Shown here: piece after piece, positions 19,475-29,576 of the stretch
Layout: every line of letters begins with the position of its first letter
How positions within the stretch are numbered: position 1 is the first letter of the stretch
Source: Aulosira sp. ZfuVER01
Lineage (GTDB): Bacteria; Cyanobacteriota; Cyanobacteriia; Cyanobacteriales; Nostocaceae
Direction of reading: 5' to 3'
Assembly (NCBI GenBank): GCA_034530615.2
Contig: JAVRCV020000013.1
Location: 1-52,117 of the forward strand
DNA: 52,117 bases
The notes under the pieces: model-generated
The model's database searches: none
What the model was told of the DNA's origin: nothing
The model's input: only the letters and a program-made list of their open reading frames with translations
Program-made: the position numbers and the translations under genes

Positions 19475-21543
19475 AGCTGACTTCAATTAAGCTATGCAAT
19501 TTTCGCTCCTTTTATGGTACGACACCAGAGATAGTGATTTCCGGGGGAGATGTCCTCAACACAACGATTATTCATGGCAATAATGGCTCTGGAAAAACTA
19601 GTTTACTCAATGCTTTTACCTGGGTGTTATATGAGAAGTTTAGTGCAGCTTTTGCATCGGTAGAGCAGCTAGTTAATAAAAGAGCGATCGCAGAAGCGAA
19701 ACCCAAACAAGCTGTAGAATGTTGGGTAGAAATTGGCTGGGAACATGAAGGTAAACGCTACCGCGTCAAACGCGCTAGTCGGGTTTACAAAAACGAGAGT
19801 GATTTTGAAGCTGGTAAAACTCAGTTAACCATGTGGGTAGGTGGTGATGATGGTAAATGGTATTTTCCACCTCAGCAACCAGAAGATATCATCAATCAAA
19901 TTTTACCCGTTAGTTTGCATCAATATTTCTTCTTTGACGGTGAACGGATTGAAGAGATAGTTCGCTCTGATAAAAAAGCGGAAATTGCCGAAGCTACAAA
20001 GATATTCTTGGGAGTAGAAGTAATTAACCGTTCGATTAAACATTTAGGTGAAGCGAAAAAAAGTCTTGAAAATGACTTAAAAGCTATTGGTGATTCCGAA
20101 ATTAAACAGTTGTTGCGACAGCAAGAAAAGATAGAAAGAGAGATTGAGAGTATCACCAACCGCCAAACAGAAATTCAACAAGAGTTAGAATATCAACAAA
20201 CATTTAAAAAAGAGACAAGTAACCGCTTACGAGAACTGAGTGCGGCTAAAGAATTACAGGAACGTTGTCAAAATTTAGAAGTACAAAACCAAGCCTATAA
20301 GGAAGAATATAAGAAAAATCGGGAAGCCCTAAAAAAAATTATCTCTGCACGTGGTTACACAGTTCTACTCGCAGAAACTACAGCCCAGTTTCGGGAAATT
20401 ATGCATGATTTGAAGCAGCGAGGCGAATTGACTTCGGGAATTTCGCGAGAGTTTGTAAATGAATTACTCAATTCTCAACGTTGTATTTGCGGTGCAGATT
20501 TAAATCACGGTAGTCATTCCCATGCAAATGTCACTGTCTGGTTAGATAAAGCAGGTTCCTCGGCTGTGGAAGAAACAGCAATTCGCATGAGTGCCCAAGT
20601 AGATGAAATTGATAAGCAAGCAACAGCATTTTGGCAAGAAGTTGATAGAGAACAAGCGAGAATTAACCAGTTAAGACAAAATATTTCGCAAATTGAAAGC
20701 GAATTAGATAACATTCAAGAACGTTTACGTAAAGATGCTAACGAAGAAATTAGCAGCTTGCAGAAACGCTTAGACGAAATTGAAAATAAAATTGATGAAT
20801 TAAATAGAGAACAAGGCGCTAACCAACAGCAAATTTCTCACTTCACAACTGAAATCGAAGCTTTGGGTAAACAAATCGCCAAGCAAAAACTGAATGAAGA
20901 ACGGCAAGCATTAGCCCAGCGTCGGATTAATGCTACCCAAGATGCAATTGAACGGTTAACAGAAGTGCGAAACCGTCAAGAAAAGCAATTTCGCTTGCAA
21001 CTGGAGAAGCGGGTACAGGAGATATTTGCAGAAATTTCCTTTACGCCTTATATCCCGAAAATCAGTGAAAAATATGAACTCACACTGGTAGAAAATACAG
21101 CCGGAGTAGAAGCACCAGTAGCAGCTTCGACTGGAGAGAATCAAATTCTCAGTTTATCTTTTATTGCCAGCATTATTGATAGAGTGCGCGAATGGAGCGA
21201 AAAGCGGAAAATGCTGATGCTACCAGAAAGCAGCACCTTCCCAATTGTCATGGATTCGCCTTTTGGTAGTTTGGATGAAATCTCGCGGCGACACATTGCC
21301 CAAACAATTCCCAAGTTAGCGAATCAGTTGATTGTGTTGGTGACAAAGACACAGTGGCGGGGTGAAGTTGAGGAAGAAATGGCAGATAGAATTGGTAGGG
21401 AATATGTGTTGACTTACTTTTCTTCCAAGCCAGATTGCGAACAAGATTATATCGAATTGGGTGGGGAAAGATATCCTTTAGTAAGGCAAAGTCCGAATGA
21501 GTTTGAATATACGGAAGTTGTGGAAGTGAAACGAGATTGGTAG
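19471..21543 (+). CDS. SMC/Rad50-like AAA ATPase (DndD paralog, PbeC-like)
   Basis: Walker A GNNGSGKT, 'YFFFDGERI', central CICG, signature ASTGENQ, 'VMDSPFGSLD'. Confidence 0.9.
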   Translation: MKLTSIKLCNFRSFYGTTPEIVISGGDVLNTTIIHGNNGSGKTSLLNAFTWVLYEKFSAAFASVEQLVNKRAIAEAKPKQAVECWVEIGWEHEGKRYRVKRASRVYKNESDFEAGKTQLTMWVGGDDGKWYFPPQQPEDIINQILPVSLHQYFFFDGERIEEIVRSDKKAEIAEATKIFLGVEVINRSIKHLGEAKKSLENDLKAIGDSEIKQLLRQQEKIEREIESITNRQTEIQQELEYQQTFKKETSNRLRELSAAKELQERCQNLEVQNQAYKEEYKKNREALKKIISARGYTVLLAETTAQFREIMHDLKQRGELTSGISREFVNELLNSQRCICGADLNHGSHSHANVTVWLDKAGSSAVEETAIRMSAQVDEIDKQATAFWQEVDREQARINQLRQNISQIESELDNIQERLRKDANEEISSLQKRLDEIENKIDELNREQGANQQQISHFTTEIEALGKQIAKQKLNEERQALAQRRINATQDAIERLTEVRNRQEKQFRLQLEKRVQEIFAEISFTPYIPKISEKYELTLVENTAGVEAPVAASTGENQILSLSFIASIIDRVREWSEKRKMLMLPESSTFPIVMDSPFGSLDEISRRHIAQTIPKLANQLIVLVTKTQWRGEVEEEMADRIGREYVLTYFSSKPDCEQDYIELGGERYPLVRQSPNEFEYTEVVEVKRDW

Positions 21544-21556
21544 TTGTCAGTCACTA

Positions 21557-21760
21557 TTATTCATCATAGTCAAAGCACACACAAGGACTATCAATTTCTT
21601 GTGTTGGGTGGAATGAATTGCAGAAAATAACGGTAGAACAATTCACCTCAAATTCGTCAGGGTGAGTACAGTCTATAACTCCTGCTACTTTGCTAGAAAA
21701 AACACAGTCTTGGCAAATAGTTTGACGAGATTCTTGACTTAACTGAGACGAGCCTGACAT
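21557..21760 (-). CDS. small Cys-rich hypothetical protein
   Basis: 67 aa with CxxC…C.HP…C…C..F pattern; divergent from VOC gene. Confidence 0.6.
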   Translation of the reverse strand: MSGSSQLSQESRQTICQDCVFSSKVAGVIDCTHPDEFEVNCSTVIFCNSFHPTQEIDSPCVCFDYDE

Positions 21761-21864
21761 AAATCAAAATCCTGTTCCCTCTTTAACTTCCTCTCTCTTA
21801 CCCTAAATCATCTGTGGTGGAAATAGGCGAAAATTGAAATAACCGCGATCGCATCTCACAGACA

Positions 21865-22224
21865 ATGCAAATTACCAACAGTCTTCATACCGCCATTCTC
21901 GTTACCAACCTCGAACGCTCCGAACACTTTTATGGCACAGTATTGGGACTAGCCAAAATCGATCGCTCCCTCAAATACCCTGGTGCATGGTATCAAGTCG
22001 GTAACTATCAAATTCACCTCATAGTTGCACCATCTTCTCCCACAGACAACCAAAACGAAAAATGGGGACGCAACCCTCATGTTGCTTTCAGTGTTGCTAA
22101 CTTAGATATCGCCAAACAAGAGTTACTCGATCGCAATTATCCTATCCAAGCCAGCGCCTCTGGTCGTCCCGCCATCTTCACCAAAGACCCGGATGGGAAT
22201 ATTATCGAATTGAGTCAGCAGTGA
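21865..22224 (+). CDS. VOC/glyoxalase family protein
   Basis: 'LHTAILV..LERSEHFY..VLGL', 'HVAFSV', 'DPDGNIIEL'. Confidence 0.92.
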   Translation: MQITNSLHTAILVTNLERSEHFYGTVLGLAKIDRSLKYPGAWYQVGNYQIHLIVAPSSPTDNQNEKWGRNPHVAFSVANLDIAKQELLDRNYPIQASASGRPAIFTKDPDGNIIELSQQ

Positions 22225-22235
22225 TTTAGGCAGGA

Positions 22236-22323
22236 GGAGTGTGGGGAGTGTGAGAAGTGTGGGGAGACAAGGAGGAAATAAGTGATGACTTTTGACTCTT
22301 GACTCTTGACCCTTAACCTTTGA
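22236..22323. repeat. short tandem repeats
   Basis: GGAGTGTGG(G)-type units followed by TTGACTC heptamers. Confidence 0.7.
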
Positions 22324-22326
22324 AAA

Positions 22327-23619
22327 ATGAAAATCATTGCCTATAGTTACACTGACCCCTTGATCGACTCATCTGTTGAGCCTGATGATTGGGGATGGGA
22401 TGTAGATCGGGTTTATCATGATTTAGGAAAGCGATCGCAATTGCAACAACTCTTCAGTGATTGCAAAGCTGGCACGGCAACTTATCTCTTGATCCGGCGC
22501 TTGGAAGAGTTGGGTGATAATGTAAAAGAAGTAAGCGATCGCCTCAACGAACTCGAAGCAATGGGTATAGTGGTGATTGCTACTGAACAGCCCTACACTT
22601 CAGAAAAGGGCAATCTCCGCGCTGAATTACTGAAATTGCTACAAGAAATCCAACGCCAGCAACGCAGTCGCCGTATTCGCCAAGGACACGCCCGCAACCG
22701 TTTAGAAGCCGCACCCCCACCAGGTAAGCCACCCTACGGCTATCGCAGAAGTAAAGATAAATATATAGTTGACCGCAGTACTTCTCCAGTTGTCAAAGAC
22801 TTTTTTGAACAATTTTTACTTTATGGTTCCTTGCGGGGAGCAGTTCGTTATTTAGCTAAAAAATACGGCAAAAAAATCTCCGTCACTACAGGGAGACGCT
22901 GGCTAACTAATCCAGTATATCGGGGAAATACCGCTTACCAAGATGGCGAAATTATCTCTAATACCCATATTCCCATCATTTCCCCAGAAGAAGCCGCCCA
23001 AGTTGACCGATTGTTACGCCGTAACAGTCGTTTACCATCTCGAACTGCTAGCGCACCGCGTTCGCTGGCTGGGTTGGTTGTCTGTGCAGAATGTCAATCT
23101 CACATGACTGTGACCCGTGTAACCCAACATCGTCAAGATAAAGAGTATCTTTATTTACGTCCGATTAACTGTCCCCAAAGTCCAAAATGTCGCGCCATTG
23201 CTTATCAGCAAGTTTTGGATCGGACAATTACAAAAGTTTGTCAAGACTTACCCCTAGCTGTAGCGGGGATGAATTTTCCCCAATTAGATGCCATTAAGAA
23301 TAGTTTAGGAGAAGCGATCGCCCGTCAGCAAGAAATACTGACTCAGTTACCTGCTTTAGTAGAAACTGGAGTATTAGATGCGGAAACAGCAAAGTTAAGA
23401 GCATACAAACTCCGCACAGAAATTTCTGCACTTCAAGCAAAGTTGGCTACTCTTCCACCAGTAAATTTGCGTTCTGTTGCTCAAGCTGTTTCAATTCCCC
23501 AATTTTGGTTAGACTTGTCAGAAGCAGAGCGACGATTTTATTTTCGCGAATTTATTCGGCAAATTGAGATTGTTCGTCAAGATACGGATTGGAACTTGCA
23601 AATTATTTTCATTTTCTAA
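22327..23619 (+). CDS. large serine recombinase family protein with degenerate catalytic domain
   Basis: 'GKPPYGY', 'LTNPVYRG', 'HIPIIS.EE', zinc ribbon 'LAGLVVCAEC', coiled coil, 'ERR…IRQIEI'. Confidence 0.85.
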   Translation: MKIIAYSYTDPLIDSSVEPDDWGWDVDRVYHDLGKRSQLQQLFSDCKAGTATYLLIRRLEELGDNVKEVSDRLNELEAMGIVVIATEQPYTSEKGNLRAELLKLLQEIQRQQRSRRIRQGHARNRLEAAPPPGKPPYGYRRSKDKYIVDRSTSPVVKDFFEQFLLYGSLRGAVRYLAKKYGKKISVTTGRRWLTNPVYRGNTAYQDGEIISNTHIPIISPEEAAQVDRLLRRNSRLPSRTASAPRSLAGLVVCAECQSHMTVTRVTQHRQDKEYLYLRPINCPQSPKCRAIAYQQVLDRTITKVCQDLPLAVAGMNFPQLDAIKNSLGEAIARQQEILTQLPALVETGVLDAETAKLRAYKLRTEISALQAKLATLPPVNLRSVAQAVSIPQFWLDLSEAERRFYFREFIRQIEIVRQDTDWNLQIIFIF

Positions 23620-24447
23620 TGATGACTTATCGTTAGGTTAAAATTAAATATCTTGATTTATCGTCGGTTAACTATTCTTATCTAAACGGTATTAATTTAT
23701 TAGCGTTAAAAAATAATCACATACACGCAGAAATGCTTGCCACACGATAGGCAATAAGTTACAAAGAACAAAGACTTATTATCTATCCTAGTGTATGTAC
23801 TTACTGATAAATACCTAGAAATATTAAGCTAGTATTTTGCCGGATCAACTAAAAATTCTCCAGAGTGAATTTAATTTTTAGCTAGCCATACAAACAAATT
23901 ACCTTAGCACAGACACGGAATATAAGAATCTATGCAGAAGCTGATTTAGTTTGTGTGACGAGGTTTCTAACGATTTATCATGGATTGAATTTTCACTTTG
24001 TGATTAAATTAGCTAATTTTTAGTTTTTCAAATTACAAGTCATGGGACTTTAATTGATTAGCTGACCTTGACAGTTAACCTTTGAAACACTGTAGTTATC
24101 AGTTCCTGAAATCTGCCAGTAGAAAAACGTAGTAATTAAATCAATGAATATTCAAGATAAATAGACTTTTTAGATAATATCTAGATTGCTTGAAAAAGGA
24201 TACTAGGGTAAACCAAGGCTTTGATATCTGTATGATTTATATCTTTTTTCGAGAAAATATTCTTGATAATAGGAAAGTGAAAAAACTTAGGCAATTTTCT
24301 CAAGAAAAATTTTCCCATTCTGAAAAAATGAGTTAATTTGGAATCTAGCAATTGCTCAACACACAGCTAATTACTGGGTGGCAACATTAGAGATTCGCTC
24401 TAATCTCTATGTAATCAAACCAGCAAACAAAATGATTATCATAGAAT

Positions 24448-26067
24448 ATGCAGGAAAGAAGCTTTATTTGGGGTCATCTAGGAAAACAACATCGCACAGT
24501 TGATAAATTGATTGATGTTATATGGCTGATTGTCCTGCTATTGGCAGCAGTGTTACTGTTTAGCATCAATCTGGGAGGAGTACCACTGCGCGATTGGGAT
24601 GAAGGTACTGTGGCACAAGTCGCCCGTGAAATTTGGCGATCGCCAGCAGGTTCTCTAGGTTGGCTGTACCCCACTTTGGGCGGTGAACCTTATCCTCACA
24701 AGCCGCCTTTGATGCATTTGCTGGTAGCTTGGGCTTACCATCTGGGAGGTGTCAATGAATGGACGACACGTATACCAGGAGCAATTTTAACAGCTTGTTC
24801 CGTACCATTACTGTATGGCATTGGTCGAGAAATATTTCGCCAACGTTGGACAGCTATTTATAGCGCCTTAATTTACCTGACAATGCTACCAGTGGTGCGT
24901 CATGGGCGATTGGCAATGTTGGATGGCGCAACAGTCAGTTTTCTGATGGTGATGATGTTGTGTGTCTTGCGATCGCGCCGAGATTTGCGTTACTGTCTGG
25001 GTATTGGCATCGGACTGGGCTTAATTTGCCTCACTCAAGGGATATTCGGCATCTTGTTAGGTGCGATCGCCATTGTATTTCTGTTTTGGGATACACCCCG
25101 ACTGCTGACTTGTTACTATCTGTGGACAGCAATCTTCCTTGGTATTTTACCAGCGCTGTGTTGGTATGGTGCCCAGCTATTGCACTATGGTCACACTTTC
25201 CTTCAGCTTGCTTTTATCAATCCATCCATCAACCGAACTGGAACAGGTTCCAAGGATAATTTCCAACTATCCTTGTACTTTATCAAAGAAATTTTGATGT
25301 ATGCATGGCCTTGGCTATTGTTTTTACCGCATAGCTTACGCTTAAGCTGGGAAAATCGCAATCTTAGTTGGGCAAAACTCGTATTGGTATGGAGTGGTGT
25401 TTACCTGCTGATAGTTTCCTGCATGGGTAGCAAACTGCTTTGGTACTTATTCCCCATTTACCCAAGCTTGGCTTTAGCTTTAGGTGCGCAAATTACAGAG
25501 ACAGAAAATTTACCTTTACTAACAGCCTATCCCCGATCTTGGGTTGCAGGTTTGGCAATGCTGGCTTTAGCGGCTTCTGCTGGAAGCATTATTTTTAGTT
25601 CAGGTGCAACACCTAAAACAGACGTACAGGTAATTTTGGCGGCGGTTGCTTTAACTATGACTTTAGCAGCGATTTACGCCGAGCGAGGCGATGGGCAATT
25701 CCTGAAGATTCTGTTTTGGGGAAGTTATATTTCGCTGCTGCTGTTGATGAAATCCAACTACTGGGTTTGGGAATTATCGGATGCTTATTCAGTTAAACCA
25801 GTTGCCAGTATGATAGTGCAGGCAAATCCAGCAGTCAGGAAGATTTACACCTCTTTTCCCTACAGTCGTCCTTCCTTAGACTTTTATAGCGATCGCACTA
25901 TTGTTCCTGCTACTTTTGGGGAACTGCAATACTATTGGCACTATAACGGTCAACCCTATTTTCTCGTAAATGCATCGACTTACAACAGTCTCCACCTAGA
26001 TGCGATGAAGCTAATTGGTCAAGCTGGAGATTGGAAACTAATTACTAAGGATAGTAATCGTTTGTGA
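24448..26067 (+). CDS. ArnT/PMT-like membrane glycosyltransferase (GT-C fold)
   Basis: 'RDWDEG.VAQVAREI', 'KPPLMH', 'RLAMLD'; many TM segments. Confidence 0.88.
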   Translation: MQERSFIWGHLGKQHRTVDKLIDVIWLIVLLLAAVLLFSINLGGVPLRDWDEGTVAQVAREIWRSPAGSLGWLYPTLGGEPYPHKPPLMHLLVAWAYHLGGVNEWTTRIPGAILTACSVPLLYGIGREIFRQRWTAIYSALIYLTMLPVVRHGRLAMLDGATVSFLMVMMLCVLRSRRDLRYCLGIGIGLGLICLTQGIFGILLGAIAIVFLFWDTPRLLTCYYLWTAIFLGILPALCWYGAQLLHYGHTFLQLAFINPSINRTGTGSKDNFQLSLYFIKEILMYAWPWLLFLPHSLRLSWENRNLSWAKLVLVWSGVYLLIVSCMGSKLLWYLFPIYPSLALALGAQITETENLPLLTAYPRSWVAGLAMLALAASAGSIIFSSGATPKTDVQVILAAVALTMTLAAIYAERGDGQFLKILFWGSYISLLLLMKSNYWVWELSDAYSVKPVASMIVQANPAVRKIYTSFPYSRPSLDFYSDRTIVPATFGELQYYWHYNGQPYFLVNASTYNSLHLDAMKLIGQAGDWKLITKDSNRL

Positions 26068-26149
26068 ATTAAGACAAAAGACACGCAAAGCGATCGCCAA
26101 CCAAAGTAGTTAAAATATTAAGTAAGGTAAAGAAATTTATGAGAAATCA

Positions 26150-26818
26150 ATGGCATTATTTGGATTTGGCAAAAAAACAGTAGTACCCACCCCTGAGCAA
26201 GCTTTACCAGGAAGAGCAGAACCAATGCGAGTTCCTGCTACTCACTATGTCAACAATAATCCGCTCAAACCTCCTTTTCCTGAAGGATTAGAAAAAGCTG
26301 TATTTGGCTTAGGCTGTTTTTGGGGTGCAGAACGCAAATTTTGGCAACTTAACGGAGTTTACACGACCGCCGTTGGTTACGCTGCTGGATTCACACCCAA
26401 CCCCACATACGAAGAGGTATGTACCGGATTAACAGGTCATAACGAGGTGGTATTGGTAGTATTTGACCCTAAAGTGATTAGTTATTCCCAATTGCTAAAA
26501 GTTTTTTGGGAAAGCCATAACCCCACCCAAGGTATGCGCCAAGGTAATGATGTTGGGACTCAATACCGTTCGGGAATTTACGTGTATTCTGAAAATCAAC
26601 GCCAGCTAGCAGAAGCATCAAAGGAAGCCTATCAGCAAGCCTTAAAAGATGCAGGCTACGGAACAATTACCACAGAAATCTTGGATGCACCTGAGTTTTA
26701 CTACGCCGAAGGTTATCATCAACAGTACCTTGCCAAAAATCCTAATGGGTATTGTGGCTTAGGCGGAACCAATGTTTCTTGTCCGGTGGGAATTGCTGAA
26801 TCACAAGTGAGTGGGTAA
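26150..26818 (+). CDS. msrA: peptide-methionine (S)-S-oxide reductase
   Basis: GCFWG, 'PTYEEVC', 'GTQYRSGIY', 'AEGYHQQYL'. Confidence 0.97.
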   Translation: MALFGFGKKTVVPTPEQALPGRAEPMRVPATHYVNNNPLKPPFPEGLEKAVFGLGCFWGAERKFWQLNGVYTTAVGYAAGFTPNPTYEEVCTGLTGHNEVVLVVFDPKVISYSQLLKVFWESHNPTQGMRQGNDVGTQYRSGIYVYSENQRQLAEASKEAYQQALKDAGYGTITTEILDAPEFYYAEGYHQQYLAKNPNGYCGLGGTNVSCPVGIAESQVSG

Positions 26819-26826
26819 GAGAGATT

Positions 26827-26996
26827 GTAGGGGCACTGCACCAATAAGATTACTGTATACACCTAAAGATTGTGGATGCCGTGCCCCTACCAGTTGAATG
26901 GTTGTAGAGAATTTCCCAATCCAAAATCCGTCTTGGAAAGTTTGCTGCGGAGGGAAACCCTCCTGACAACTTTCCGCAAAATCCAAAATCTAAAAT
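26827..26996. repeat. REP-like palindrome plus STRR with inserted SDR
   Basis: GTAGGGGCAC…GTGCCCCTAC (26827-26890), then AATCCAA heptamers split by hairpin GGAAAGTT…GGAGGGAAACCCTCC…AACTTTCC. Confidence 0.7.
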
Positions 26997-27002
26997 AGAT
27001 TG

Positions 27003-28376
27003 CTAAACGACCCGATTTTGCCGGATACACTCTGCATACCATTCAAAGCTGGCTTTGGGAATGCGTTGTTGTGTGTTGTAATTTATATGAACAATTCCAA
27101 AAGGTCGGGAATATCCCCAAGCCCACTCAAAATTATCGGTGAAAGTCCACACAAAATATCCCTTCAAAGGATAGCCTTCATTAATAGCTCGCGCAGCCGA
27201 TTTAAAATACTGCCGCAGGTACATAATCCGGTCAGTATCAATAATTTCACCGCTAGCATCTAATTCATCTTCTGCTGCACAACCACTTTCAGTAATCATC
27301 ACTGGTAAATCATCACGCCCTAATGTCTCGCTGACATGACGAATTCCCCAATAAATGCTTTCAGGTACGATATTTAACCAGGGCATATACATTCGCGGGT
27401 AGCCTTTGGGGAGATTGAGCAATTCATACCCTTGTTCATTATCAACAGCACGCACATAAGTACCGCTGTAAATATTCAGGCCAACAGCATCTAAAGGCTG
27501 ATGAATTATTTCTAAATCACCAGGTTTAATCTCAGGAGCATTTTCTCCTAATTCTGCAAGCAATGCTGGACTATAAGCACCAGTAAGGGCGGGGATCAGA
27601 ATACCGCCATTACATCGAAAGGTATGGAATGCTTTTTTGGCAGCTGCGATATGTTGAGGAGACTCGTTAACTGGAACCGTGACACCGATGCTATCTACCA
27701 ACGCAACCTTGCAAGGAACAGGCGAAGCAGCGCGGATAGCTTGACATCCTAATCCGTGCGCAAGTAAGGCGTGATGAGATGTCTGCCAAACTTCTTTTTG
27801 ACTGCTGAGAAGTTTTCCAGGTGCGTGTACTGGTTCTAATTCAACACCATAACTTGCATGAGTGAAGTAGTAAATTTCATTGAGTGTCATCCAGTGGGTA
27901 ATGCGATCGCCCAAGCGGCTAACAACTGCTGTAACATAATCAGCAAAATCCAAAGCCATCTGCCGATTTTGCCAAGTGCCATATAAATCTTCTAAGGCTT
28001 GGGGGCTATCCCAGTGATATAAGGTAGCATGAGGGGTAATATTATACTTGTGCAGGCAATCCACCAAGCGCTTGTAAAAATCAACACCCTCTTCATTGAC
28101 TTGTCCGCGACCATCGGGAATAATCCGAGTCCAGGCAATACTAAAACGATAGTGCTTGATGCCCAATTCAGCCATCAGCTGTACGTCTTTTTCATATAGA
28201 TGATAGTGATCGCAGCTAACAGTAGCAGTATCACCATTTAAAATCTTTCCAGGTGTATTGCTAAAGGTATCCCAAACACTAGGTTTACGCCCTCCCTCAT
28301 TAACTGCTCCTTCGATTTGAAACGAAGCAGTAGCAACGCCCCAATAAAAATCTTCAGGAAATTGATAGATAGTCAT
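27003..28376 (-). CDS. GH1 beta-glucosidase
   Basis: 'FYWGVATASFQIEG', 'TLNE' acid/base, 'ITESG' nucleophile, 'DNFEWAWG'. Confidence 0.94.
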   Translation of the reverse strand: MTIYQFPEDFYWGVATASFQIEGAVNEGGRKPSVWDTFSNTPGKILNGDTATVSCDHYHLYEKDVQLMAELGIKHYRFSIAWTRIIPDGRGQVNEEGVDFYKRLVDCLHKYNITPHATLYHWDSPQALEDLYGTWQNRQMALDFADYVTAVVSRLGDRITHWMTLNEIYYFTHASYGVELEPVHAPGKLLSSQKEVWQTSHHALLAHGLGCQAIRAASPVPCKVALVDSIGVTVPVNESPQHIAAAKKAFHTFRCNGGILIPALTGAYSPALLAELGENAPEIKPGDLEIIHQPLDAVGLNIYSGTYVRAVDNEQGYELLNLPKGYPRMYMPWLNIVPESIYWGIRHVSETLGRDDLPVMITESGCAAEDELDASGEIIDTDRIMYLRQYFKSAARAINEGYPLKGYFVWTFTDNFEWAWGYSRPFGIVHINYNTQQRIPKASFEWYAECIRQNRVV

Positions 28377-28587
28377 TTTTAATATTTAACTCTTGGAGAA
28401 AATACAGAAATTTTGGTATTGAGGAACACATTCACTGTGAGATGTTTCCTGTCTCCAAGTTAGATGGCACTTAAATATTATTAGGTAACTGGATAAAAAT
28501 ATTTACAGTCATTGGGAACACGTTTTTAACTAATACCATTTCACTTTAAGAATGATACAAATACGTGGTGGAGGGTTTAGCATTGCT

Positions 28588-28784
28588 CACCTGTGTCAAC
28601 TTAAGCTTAGATGTATACAGCGTAAGTCTTTGAGGTTATCTCTCTTAGCACCATAAACTTTTGATCCCCCCTAACCCCCCTTTTTTAAGGGGGGAAAAGA
28701 ATCAAAGTCCCCCTTAAAAAGGGGGATTTAGGGGGATCAAATATCTTGAGCAACAAAGCCTTTCACGTTAAGTTGACACCAATG
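28588..28784. mobile_element. MITE inserted in REP-like palindrome (copy 1)
   Basis: Ends CACCTGTGTCAACTTAA / TTAAGTTGACACCAATG; 9-bp direct repeat AGCATTGCT at 28579-28587 and 28785-28793. Confidence 0.8.
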
Positions 28785-28942
28785 AGCATTGCTAAACCCC
28801 TACGAAAAATCTATCTGTATCAGGCTTATGCACTATCAGATAAGTAAACTCATTGAGTTGAGAGCGATCGCACGCATTCAATGCTATGAAGTAATCAGCG
28901 ATGTCTACGACGGGCTGCGCCAACGCAATTTTACTTTCACTC

Positions 28943-29485
28943 TTAGCTTGGATAATCAGTTGCAGCATTGATATATGCAACGGCTAAGGGTGTGAGTTGA
29001 CTTTCCAATTCAGTAACAAAAGCGCGATCGAATTCTGACCAAACTCGCTTTTTACCAAAGACAGCAGGTTGTAAAATTCCCCACAATTTACGATCTTGGC
29101 ACAAGTGAGCATGAATCAATGCCCTATGTCCAAAATGCTGACGCTCAAATTCTTGATTAACAACTTCTGGGCTAGCGGTTTCTATATCTTCGACATATAC
29201 AGAAGGGTCATTTCTGAGTGCAGCGGCAAATAAGGGGTCTTCTTGGGGTAAAGACTCTGGATCTAATCTCCAGTCTGAGTCTGTAACATCTGGTATTTCT
29301 GGATTTCGCCGCCAGCAATAGGCAACTTTCGCCCACTTAGTTTGGGGATTTCTGAGGTAAAGAAAACAGCGATCGCACTGCAATACTTCTCCAATTACCG
29401 GCAGGATTGCAGTAAAAATAGCATCTGGATCGCTGTATCTATCTAGCACATTTTGTACAGCTTCTGGCAGAACTTGGCTTGTCAT
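28943..29485 (-). CDS. standalone GAF domain protein
   Basis: 'EVLQCDRCFLY', 'FGHRALIHAHL', 'LWGIL', 'R.WSE.D'. Confidence 0.88.
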   Translation of the reverse strand: MTSQVLPEAVQNVLDRYSDPDAIFTAILPVIGEVLQCDRCFLYLRNPQTKWAKVAYCWRRNPEIPDVTDSDWRLDPESLPQEDPLFAAALRNDPSVYVEDIETASPEVVNQEFERQHFGHRALIHAHLCQDRKLWGILQPAVFGKKRVWSEFDRAFVTELESQLTPLAVAYINAATDYPS

Positions 29486-29576
29486 CAAAAGGTAGGTAAT
29501 TATCCTAGATATTTTCTCAAGGCTCTGCAATCGAAAACATCATCCTACCGATACAGATAAGCACAAGCTTTCTTTC

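Noticed and set aside
22236..22323. CRISPR-like arrays here and at 42553 and 48651
   Set aside because: 7-10 bp tandem units without spacers; ordinary STRR
15193..23619. Integrated element between tRNA-Thr and the serine recombinase
   Set aside because: No duplicated tRNA end seen; the interval holds core genes (argF, lexA); the recombinase is degenerate
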